A DNA stretch of 64,000 nt from Bacteroidales bacterium (GTDB taxonomy: Bacteria > Bacteroidota > Bacteroidia > Bacteroidales > VadinHA17). Below are positions 10,725 through 18,389 of this stretch, one piece after another (position 1 is the first letter of the stretch; each line of letters begins with the position of its first letter). The stretch spans positions 89,246 to 153,245 of the forward strand of contig JARGFQ010000002.1 in the NCBI GenBank assembly GCA_029210565.1, given 5' to 3'. The notes beneath the pieces were generated by a model. The model saw nothing but the letters and a program-made list of their open reading frames with translations. It was not told the DNA's origin and did no database searches. The position numbers and the translations under genes were made by a program.

Positions 10725-11330
10725 ATGATTCACGCAAAACTTAAAAGTGCACTGCTGTTTTCTCTGTTCTGCGTTGCGACAACTATTGCAGCAGGTCAGG
10801 GGCAGATGCCGGAGGAGCTCACAACCGGCACAATCCGGGAGCAGATAAATTACATAGAGAACAAAACAAGAATTTACGAAGACTTCCGGGCTATCAGGGA
10901 AGATATGTTCCGGAAGATCAACCGCAATATACTGGATACCCTTTCAGCTGAAAAGGGGAAGGTCACGGAATTGAACAACATTAAGGCAGCCCTGAACGAT
11001 AAAAACGATTCACTGAATGTTTTACTTCAGTCGACAAGAAATGATCTTGCGCAGGTTACAGCCACGAAGGAAAAAATAAGTGTCCTCGGACTGGAGATAA
11101 AAAAGAAAACCTACAACGCTATAATGTGGACATTGCTCGGAGGGTTGCTGTTCGTCATGGCGATTGGATTTCTTATCTTCAAGAGAAACCTGGTGGTGCT
11201 CCTCAGAACCGAGAAGGATCTGAAAGAGCTCAAGGAGGAGTTCGAAGCCTACCGGCAGTCATCCAGGATTGCCCGCGAGAAGGTTGAGATGGACCTTTTC
11301 CGTGCAAACCAGAAGCTGAAGGGGAAATAG
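10725..11330 (+). CDS. Hypothetical membrane-anchored coiled-coil protein
   Basis: Signal peptide, long coiled coil, one TM helix (IMWTLLGGLLFVMAIGFLIF), cytoplasmic coiled coil. Confidence 0.75.
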   Translation: MIHAKLKSALLFSLFCVATTIAAGQGQMPEELTTGTIREQINYIENKTRIYEDFRAIREDMFRKINRNILDTLSAEKGKVTELNNIKAALNDKNDSLNVLLQSTRNDLAQVTATKEKISVLGLEIKKKTYNAIMWTLLGGLLFVMAIGFLIFKRNLVVLLRTEKDLKELKEEFEAYRQSSRIAREKVEMDLFRANQKLKGK

Positions 11331-11376
11331 ATTCGAAGTTACCTGTTCTGAGGTATCAGTTCATAAGTGTGCGTAT

Positions 11377-11727
11377 CTAGTTGAATTCACTTCTTAATAT
11401 CCCTTCGATAATCTGCTTTAATAAGGGCAGATCTTTTTTTATCGTATCCCAGATGACTCTGTCCTCAATGGCATGATATTCATGGAGAATGAAATTTCTG
11501 AAAGCCCTGACCTTATACCATGGGAAATCATATTTATCAAGGATGTCTTCATTGACACGGACTATTACTTCGCCTATTACAGCAAATTGAAACAGGGTAG
11601 CGTCAATCGTTTTCCGGTCCTCAAGAAAGGATGATCTGCTATATTCCCTGATGAAGTTTTCAATTGTTGTAATTGAATCCAGAATATGACTAAGTCTGTC
11701 TCTGTTTGATATTGTTTGATTTTTCAT
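11377..11727 (-). CDS. HEPN (DUF86/HepT-like) ribonuclease toxin
   Basis: RNFILHEY matches Rx4HxY. IGE, FPWYKV, IWDTIKKDLP. Confidence 0.9.
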   Translation of the reverse strand: MKNQTISNRDRLSHILDSITTIENFIREYSRSSFLEDRKTIDATLFQFAVIGEVIVRVNEDILDKYDFPWYKVRAFRNFILHEYHAIEDRVIWDTIKKDLPLLKQIIEGILRSEFN

Positions 11728-11743
11728 TCTATCATTTAATCTT

Positions 11744-11822
11744 TATTTCATTGGTCGAATGGAACTTGCATGAAATATTATAATCTTATTCTATTGTAAG
11801 CTCTTGCTCATTCAAGTTTCAT
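11744..11822. repeat. Dispersed palindromic repeat, copy 1
   Basis: TATTTCATTGGTCGAATGGAACTTGCAT is identical to 15921-15948. Distal arm ATTCAAGTTTCAT. Confidence 0.85.
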
Positions 11823-12420
11823 AGATCAGAATTAGTTCGGGAGTAATACGTTTCAGTATTTCACGGTTTACGGCACCCTCCATTACAACATCCACCTTCG
11901 TGGGGATCAGCTTCTCCAGCTGATGTTTTATCTCCGCCAGATCAAACAGGGTGAAAGACTTCTTGTCGGGAACGCGTACAAGTATGTCAATGTCGCTATC
12001 AATGTCATGATCATCACGGGCATAGGAACCGAAGAGCCATGCTTTCCTGACAGTTTTCTGATTTCTGAAGTACTCCTTTATTTTTTTTATTATTTCTGCT
12101 TTGGTAACTTGTCTGCCGGACAGATATCCGATTCTCTTCTCGGCAAGGGCAATCGCTTCAATCGCCTGTACCTCACCACTTACCTCATGTATTATCTTAT
12201 CAGAAAGCCAGAGGACAAGAAGTGTCCCTGGTTCAACCCCATAATACTCTTCCAACTTTATGACATTCGCTCTGGTTGCGATGCGTTTGCCATTCTCTAT
12301 TTTACTCAGTATTGCCTGATCAATATCAAGGAACGAAGCTACTTTTCTTAAAGGATCGCCCTTCTGCTGTCGCAACTCGCGTATCTTATCTGCAAAGCTC
12401 AGCATAGTTGAATAATTCAT
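11812..12420 (-). CDS. XRE-family HTH fused to a minimal nucleotidyltransferase (MntA-like antitoxin)
   Basis: HTH (LRKVASFLDIDQAILSKIENGKR) plus FGSYARDDHDIDSDID (GSx10DxD). Adjacent to the HEPN gene. Start could be 12405. Confidence 0.88.
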   Translation of the reverse strand: MNYSTMLSFADKIRELRQQKGDPLRKVASFLDIDQAILSKIENGKRIATRANVIKLEEYYGVEPGTLLVLWLSDKIIHEVSGEVQAIEAIALAEKRIGYLSGRQVTKAEIIKKIKEYFRNQKTVRKAWLFGSYARDDHDIDSDIDILVRVPDKKSFTLFDLAEIKHQLEKLIPTKVDVVMEGAVNREILKRITPELILIYET

Positions 12421-12421
12421 A

Positions 12422-12438
12422 TTGACAAATATAGTCAA
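12422..12438 (-). promoter_or_regulatory. Palindromic operator overlapping the -7 promoter of the HTH-MNT gene
   Basis: TTGAC-N7-GTCAA inverted repeat. Minus-strand TATATTTG at 12426-12433. Confidence 0.65.
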
Positions 12439-12490
12439 AATTATTCATTCAACAAAATATTCTATATAATTCAGAAGAACCTAACTGAAC

Positions 12491-12635
12491 AGGATTCCCG
12501 GCCTGCCGGGGCAACATCTGAGGGCACTGAAGGAAAGTTGCCCTGTGAAAAGTCAGGCAGGTCCTGACCAACCGGGGCGGCTTTCCAGGCCTCCAATAAG
12601 TACGCGCCTGCGGCTCACAGACGGCAGGCACCTGA
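12491..12635. ncRNA. Candidate structured non-coding element (family not recognised)
   Basis: GC-rich intergenic tract with several complementary segments: GGGCAAC/GTTGCCC, GTCAGG/CCTGAC, GGCCTG/CAGGCC, GCCTGC/GCAGGC. Confidence 0.35.
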
Positions 12636-12640
12636 CGGCC

Positions 12641-13258
12641 TTACAGGGAGGGTGCGGTGACGGAAGAGTGACTTAGTGATGCGGCAATGTCATGATAATT
12701 AATGCCGTAACCCTCTTTCTTCAGTGAGGTGACGAAATCGCTGTGCGGCCGGTGCTGACGGTAGTCGGGCTCACGGGAGGGATGCCTGAGGTACCTTTCG
12801 AAGATCGAAGGGTCGCCGGCGATATTCAGAACGCCGTGATATACCAGCCGGTTTTCACGCCGGTGCATCGATGAGCCGAGGATCTTTTTGTCGCCGATGG
12901 TTATGTCGGAAATACCCCTGGTGCCGTAGTTCCTCACACCGAGATCAGAGAGGAGGTAAAGGATCATTCCGTTGACCTCCATAAAGAAATCCTTTGAGCG
13001 GGCTATCCCCGGAAACTCCCTTGCCACGGTTATCACTGCCATCTGCGGCGTCAGTATTACCGCCTCGCCCCCGGTGGGACGCTTTGTCACCGGTATGCCA
13101 TCGGAGAGGACATTCTCAAGTATCAGGGACCGCTCCGGCGTGTTACTCTGTCCCAGCACTATGACCGTCTCCGCAGGTTGCCATACCATCATGCCGTCGC
13201 CCGTGCCGCCGAAGAGGGCGGCATCGGGGAGGTCATATGGACGTACTGTTACAGGCAT
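12641..13258 (-). CDS. Lipoate-protein ligase A/B family protein
   Basis: VIVLGQSN, KRPTGGEAV, SDITIGDKKILGSS, YHGVL. Last gene of the dehydrogenase operon. Confidence 0.85.
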   Translation of the reverse strand: MPVTVRPYDLPDAALFGGTGDGMMVWQPAETVIVLGQSNTPERSLILENVLSDGIPVTKRPTGGEAVILTPQMAVITVAREFPGIARSKDFFMEVNGMILYLLSDLGVRNYGTRGISDITIGDKKILGSSMHRRENRLVYHGVLNIAGDPSIFERYLRHPSREPDYRQHRPHSDFVTSLKKEGYGINYHDIAASLSHSSVTAPSL

Positions 13259-13270
13259 GCCTCAATAAAA

Positions 13271-14602
13271 TCAGGCTTTGTGAACAGGTTTACCCACGGC
13301 ATCGGATCCGGCCTCGAGGAACACCTCAGAGATCGTCGGGTGGGCGTGCATGGTGTGAGCCACATCCCACACCGTGCTCTCAACGGCCATATACGCCGCA
13401 GCCTCGCTGATAAGGTCCGTGGCATTGTGGGAGATGATCTGCACCCCCAGCACCTCGCCGTACTTCGGCTCCGAGATAATACGCAAAATACCCTCGGGCT
13501 GGGCCTCGGTCAGAGCCTTTCCATTGGCCGACAGCGGGAACTCATTGACCTTGAAGTCAATCTCCTCTGCTGCCAGTTGCTGCTCTGTTTTACCTATCTG
13601 TGCTATCTCCGGGTCAGTATAGAGGGTCAGCGGAACGCGCTCAGTATTCATCGTCTCAGTGATACCCAGAATATGGTTCACGGCTGCCAGCGCCTGTGCC
13701 GAAGCGGCATGGGCATAGATGCTCTTTCCGTTGACATCGCCGACGGCATAGACACCCTGAACGCTGGTCATGAAGTTCTCATCGGTGACATAAAAGCTTT
13801 CTGATTCCCCGGCCTTAAGTGCTCCGGTGGGCTTGATACCCTTGCGGGGCATGCAGTTGACAATCCCTTCATACTCGTCGAGGTTGATTGAATCATACCC
13901 TCCGGTACCTTCAAGAGTCTTTATCTTCAGTGAGTCGAGCCTGCGGCTGATGTATGCATTCAGGTAATCATCAAGTGCAGGAAAGACCCTGTTGGCGGTC
14001 TTGAGAAGAGTGACATCCTTTCCTATTAGTGCAAGCATCTGTGACACCTCTGCAGAGACAGGGCCTTCACCGACAACCAGAAGTTTCTGTGGTATCTCCT
14101 TCATTGAGAACATGTTCTCGAGATTGATAATCCGGCTTTCATCCCCCACCTTGAACTTCAGTGGCCTCGGATATGAACCGGTGGCAATGATGATGTTCTT
14201 TGTTGTCAGTTTACGCTTATCAACTACCACCGTGTCCGCAGCTTCGACAGAGGCAGTACCTGTTATTGTCTCTACGTTGTTCTTCTTGAGAAGGTACTCG
14301 ACCCCTTTGGTAAGTCTCCTCACTATACGTTCTGAGCGCTTGACTCCCTTCTCCCAGCTGAATGTCAGTTTCTTCGGGTCGAGGCCTTCAACACCGAAGT
14401 CGCCTGCCATGCCAAGTCTTGAGAAGTACTTTGCACTTTCGAGCATAGCCTTGGAGGGTATGCAACCCCAGTTAAGGCACATGCCACCGACGTGCTTCTT
14501 CTCAATGACGGCAGTTTTCAGTCCTGCCTGTCCGGCCCTTATCGCGGCCACATAACCTGCCGGCCCGGCACCTATGATTATAAGATCGTAGTCCATCTTC
14601 AC
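13271..14602 (-). CDS. lpdA: Dihydrolipoyl dehydrogenase (E3)
   Basis: GAGPAGYVAA FAD motif, GGMCLNWGCIPSK redox disulfide, HAHPTISE. Confidence 0.92.
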   Translation of the reverse strand: MKMDYDLIIIGAGPAGYVAAIRAGQAGLKTAVIEKKHVGGMCLNWGCIPSKAMLESAKYFSRLGMAGDFGVEGLDPKKLTFSWEKGVKRSERIVRRLTKGVEYLLKKNNVETITGTASVEAADTVVVDKRKLTTKNIIIATGSYPRPLKFKVGDESRIINLENMFSMKEIPQKLLVVGEGPVSAEVSQMLALIGKDVTLLKTANRVFPALDDYLNAYISRRLDSLKIKTLEGTGGYDSINLDEYEGIVNCMPRKGIKPTGALKAGESESFYVTDENFMTSVQGVYAVGDVNGKSIYAHAASAQALAAVNHILGITETMNTERVPLTLYTDPEIAQIGKTEQQLAAEEIDFKVNEFPLSANGKALTEAQPEGILRIISEPKYGEVLGVQIISHNATDLISEAAAYMAVESTVWDVAHTMHAHPTISEVFLEAGSDAVGKPVHKA

Positions 14603-14608
14603 TCTATT

Positions 14609-15904
14609 TTATTGTCTCATTATCAGTGACAGCGGGTCTGCGACGCCTGCCGCCACATCATTCAGGAACTCCGTTGCCTCTGCTCCGTCGACCATGCGGT
14701 GGTCAACCGAAAGCGACAGCGGCATCACATTACCCACCCTTATCTCGCCGTCGGCCACCACAGGCTGCTGGTTGATGCGGCCTATGCCGAGTATCCCCAC
14801 CTGCGGGTAGTTGATAACGGGAACGCCGAACCATCCTCCCAGGGCTCCGTAGTTGGTGATGGTAAAGGTGCCGTCCTTCATATCGTCAAGCGTCAGCTTC
14901 CTGTCGCGCGCTTTAACGGCTATCTCAGCCACAGCTTTGCTCAGCTCCTTGACAGTCAGCTTATCAGCATTTCGAATCACCGGCACAACCAGTCCGTCCT
15001 CAGTACTTACGGCTATACCTATGTTATAGTAGTTCTTGTAGATGATATTCCCTTTTTCGAAATCCATCTCCGAGTTCAGCTCCGGGTGTCGTTTCAATGC
15101 TGCCACAACGGCTTTGATTATGAAAGGCAGGTATGTAAGACTGATATCTTCCTTCTTATACTCCTCCCTGTACCTGGACCTTGCTTCCACCAGTGCCGAC
15201 ACCTCAGGCTCCTCGAAGAGGGTCATGTGTGCCGTGCTCTGTTTGGAGCGCAGCATGTTTTTGGCGATCGACTTACGGATCTGGCTCATCGGCCTGATCT
15301 CGACAAGCTCACGCACACCGTCCGGAGTGGCGGGTGCGGTCCTGGCTGCTGCCGGAGCTGCCGATGAATGATAGTTCTGTATGTCGCTCTTCATCACGCG
15401 GCCTGCAGGGCCTGTTCCTGTCACCAGGTTTATGTCGATGTTAATATCGCGTGCCATGGCGCGTGCCACCGGCGTCGCCAACACCTTGCGCCCGGCAGTT
15501 GCGGCCGTGGCGGCTGCAGGTTTCGGCTCGGTGCCCTCATCGCTTGCGGGAAGATAGGCGTTGTTGGAGGCCACCTCAAGGGTGCCCACCACGCCTGCGC
15601 CTTTTTCCTCGACCATCTCCGCTTCGGGAACAGGAGCCTCCGTGCCGGATGCGGCGGCGGCCTCACCGGCGATCTCTATCTCGACGAGCGTCTCTCCCAC
15701 ATGGATCGTCTCGCCTACCTTGCCGTATCGTGCTGCGATGACGCCCTCACGCGGTGCGGGTATGTCCGTAACAACCTTGTCGGTCTCCATCTTCACCAGC
15801 GGCTGTCCTACCTTGACGGCATTACCCTTATCAACATACCACTCGATGATGATCCCTTCGGTCAGTCCTTCACCTATATCGGGAAATTTGAAAATATATC
15901 TCAT
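14609..15904 (-). CDS. pdhC: Dihydrolipoamide acyltransferase (E2)
   Basis: Lipoyl domain (METDKV), E3-binding domain (ATPVARAMA...GTGPAGRV), catalytic DHRMVDG. Confidence 0.9.
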   Translation of the reverse strand: MRYIFKFPDIGEGLTEGIIIEWYVDKGNAVKVGQPLVKMETDKVVTDIPAPREGVIAARYGKVGETIHVGETLVEIEIAGEAAAASGTEAPVPEAEMVEEKGAGVVGTLEVASNNAYLPASDEGTEPKPAAATAATAGRKVLATPVARAMARDINIDINLVTGTGPAGRVMKSDIQNYHSSAAPAAARTAPATPDGVRELVEIRPMSQIRKSIAKNMLRSKQSTAHMTLFEEPEVSALVEARSRYREEYKKEDISLTYLPFIIKAVVAALKRHPELNSEMDFEKGNIIYKNYYNIGIAVSTEDGLVVPVIRNADKLTVKELSKAVAEIAVKARDRKLTLDDMKDGTFTITNYGALGGWFGVPVINYPQVGILGIGRINQQPVVADGEIRVGNVMPLSLSVDHRMVDGAEATEFLNDVAAGVADPLSLIMRQ

Positions 15905-15920
15905 TCGTTTATTTATTTAC

Positions 15921-15998
15921 TATTTCATTGGTCGAATGGAACTTGCATAAGTTTTTTGCTCAAATCCTGTTCTGAGTTCTTTCTTATGCAAGTTTCAT
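15921..15998. repeat. Dispersed palindromic repeat, copy 2
   Basis: Same 28-bp left part as 11744-11771. ATGGAACTTGCATAAG...CTTATGCAAGTTTCAT inverted arms. Confidence 0.85.
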
Positions 15999-16002
15999 CA
16001 GT

Positions 16003-16980
16003 TCAGTATTTTATTGTTCTTTCAATCGCGTAGAAGATCTTATCAGGGGTGATCATATAGTGATGTTCACCGCGGGGGTAAGGCACTATCACGTCGAAGG
16101 CCGCCACCCTTTTCGGGGGAGCTTCAAGGTGGAGGAAGGCCTCTTCGTTTGCCAGCGCCATGATCTCGGATCCCACTCCGAAGCTGCGCGGCTCCTCGCC
16201 AACGAAGACTATACGTCCGGTCTTCTTTACGGAAGCGGTTATCGTCTCCTTGTCAAGGGGATATATTGTTCTCAGGTCTATCAGCTCCACCGAGTATCCT
16301 GCCTCCTTCGCCATCACCATTGCCTTCTGCACCTCGCGTATCATGGCGCCGTAGGCAACCACGGTAACGTCGGTGCCCTGGGAGAGGACCTTGGCTTTGC
16401 CGATAGGCACTGAGAATTTTTCTTCACTCACCTCCTGCTTGATGGCGCGGTAGATGCGCTTGGGCTCGAGGAAGAGCACGGGATCATCACTCTCTATGGC
16501 CGAGATGAGGAGCCCTTTTGCATCATGGGGTGTCGATGGCACCACCACCTTCAGTCCGGGTATATGTGCAAAAATTGCCTCCATACTCTCGGAGTGGTGC
16601 TCGAGAGCGTTGATACCTCCTCCGTAGGGCAGGCGTATCACTATCGGCATTTTATAGCGGCCCCGCGAGCGGTTGTGCATGCGTGTTATGTGTGAGATTA
16701 TCTGGTTGAAGGCCGGGTAGATGAACCCGCAGAACTGCATCTCTATCACCGGGCGGAGTCCTGCTGCTGCCATACCCACTGCCGTGCCGGCTATACCCGA
16801 CTCGGCCAGGGGCGAGTCAAAGACCCTCTCCACACCGTGTTTCTTCTGTAATCCTTCCGTTACCCTGAAGACGCCGCCCTCAAAGCCGACATCCTCACCG
16901 TAGACAACAACGTTATTATCCTCTGTCAGTTTGATGTCGAGAGCATCATTGACGGCATTGACTATATTCATTGCTTTCAT
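16003..16980 (-). CDS. pdhB: 2-oxoacid (pyruvate) dehydrogenase E1 beta subunit
   Basis: GEDVGFEGGVFR, FDSPLAESG, EHHSES, FLEPKRIY, IDLRTIYPLD. Confidence 0.92.
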   Translation of the reverse strand: MKAMNIVNAVNDALDIKLTEDNNVVVYGEDVGFEGGVFRVTEGLQKKHGVERVFDSPLAESGIAGTAVGMAAAGLRPVIEMQFCGFIYPAFNQIISHITRMHNRSRGRYKMPIVIRLPYGGGINALEHHSESMEAIFAHIPGLKVVVPSTPHDAKGLLISAIESDDPVLFLEPKRIYRAIKQEVSEEKFSVPIGKAKVLSQGTDVTVVAYGAMIREVQKAMVMAKEAGYSVELIDLRTIYPLDKETITASVKKTGRIVFVGEEPRSFGVGSEIMALANEEAFLHLEAPPKRVAAFDVIVPYPRGEHHYMITPDKIFYAIERTIKY

Positions 16981-18065
16981 TTGCGTGCGTTTTTCCATTG
17001 TAAGAATTTTTCATGCTCAATCTGCTGGTCGCGGAGATCCTGCGGCATCTCGGCATAAGTATATTTTAGTGCATCTTCAAGCGGATACTGAACTGTCTCT
17101 TCCGTCTCCATGAACTGGCGGTCGATCTCCTTCTTGTACTCCTCTGTCACTCTCTCCTCCTCGGCATCTGACCACAGCTTCTTCTTCTCCAGGTAGAGCT
17201 TCATGCGGCGCAGCGGGTCCTTCTTGTCCCACTCTTTCTCCTCGTTGGTGGTACGGTATTTTGTCGGGTCATCCGATGTGGTATGGGCTCCCTTGCGGTA
17301 GGTGACAGCCTCTATCAGCACAGCCTGCTGCTCCTTCCTGGCGTACTCATGAGCATACCTGAAAGCTGCCAGCATGGCGAAGATATCATTGCCGTCGACC
17401 TTCAGCCCTTTGATACCGTAAGCCACCGACTTGACAGCGATGTTGGTGCTGGCGGTCTGCATCTTCACGGGAACGGAGATAGCGTACTGGTTATTCTGAA
17501 CGACGAAGATTACGGGCACCTTCCAAACCCCGGCGAAGTTGAGCGCCTCATGGAAGTCGCCCTCGGAGGTCCCTCCGTCACCGACGAATGCCATGGCCAC
17601 CTCATCCTTCTTCTGATATTTAATGGCATATCCGATACCTGCTCCGTGAATTAGCTGGGAAGCAATAGGCACCGAGAAGGGAAGGACATGATTTGCCTCT
17701 CCGAACCTGAGTCCGTCTTCGAATCCCATGTTGAACATGAATATCTCCTTCATGGTAACGCCCTTGGCCAGCCATGCGCCCAGCTCGCGGAAGGCCGGCA
17801 CCAGCCAGTCTTCATGTCTGAGTACGGCGCCGGCTGCCACACCAATGGCCTCCTGCCCGTAGTTGGGGGGGTAGGTATAGACACGGCCCTGACGCTGGTA
17901 CGAGACGATCATGAAGTCGAGCGTTCTGACAAAGAGCATCTCCTTATACAGTTTTACCATCTCTTCATCAGAGAGGTCGGGCATCAGCTCCTTGCTGATC
18001 ACCTTTCCGTTGTTGTCAATTACCTGCAGCATCTTGTCTTCTGCAGGGTCAAACTGGTCGAACAT
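16977..18065 (-). CDS. pdhA: 2-oxoacid (pyruvate) dehydrogenase E1 alpha subunit
   Basis: TPP motif GDGGTSEGDF...QNNQYAIS, YRKGAHTTSDDPTKYR. Confidence 0.92.
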   Translation of the reverse strand: MFDQFDPAEDKMLQVIDNNGKVISKELMPDLSDEEMVKLYKEMLFVRTLDFMIVSYQRQGRVYTYPPNYGQEAIGVAAGAVLRHEDWLVPAFRELGAWLAKGVTMKEIFMFNMGFEDGLRFGEANHVLPFSVPIASQLIHGAGIGYAIKYQKKDEVAMAFVGDGGTSEGDFHEALNFAGVWKVPVIFVVQNNQYAISVPVKMQTASTNIAVKSVAYGIKGLKVDGNDIFAMLAAFRYAHEYARKEQQAVLIEAVTYRKGAHTTSDDPTKYRTTNEEKEWDKKDPLRRMKLYLEKKKLWSDAEEERVTEEYKKEIDRQFMETEETVQYPLEDALKYTYAEMPQDLRDQQIEHEKFLQWKNARK

Positions 18066-18389
18066 ATTTTTGTTTTGTTTAACGTTTCTGCAATAAAAGA
18101 CAAACAAAGCTGCAATTTGTTCAGCAGGATATGTGGCATACCGCCGGTGATTTTTCCCCGGAGGTGAAGCCGCGGAAAGCTATTACGGTCCGTGACCGTC
18201 CTTGATGCTTTTCCGGCCCGTGACCATCCGGGGATCGCGTTTCCGGAGGGGGCAGATGTCGGGAGTGGCCTTGAATAACCGGCACTTGCATTTGATCAGG
18301 TAATTAATGTGAAGAAATGTTAACAGCCACGCGCGTACTCTATTTATGCTTAAATTAGCTGTTTATTATGCAATCAGTTAACCCAATCC

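Noticed and set aside
11744-11822. Palindromic repeat read as an integron attC site
   Set aside because: It has AAC...GTT arms but does not fit RYYYAAC/GTTRRRY. There is no integron integrase, and one copy is inside a housekeeping operon.
12545-12580. Resemblance to SRP RNA (CAGGTCC) or a cobalamin riboswitch 3' end (GTCAGG-ACCTGCC on the minus strand)
   Set aside because: The SRP GGAA loop and AGCAG are missing, as are the upstream cobalamin-riboswitch core motifs. Kept only as an unassigned candidate.
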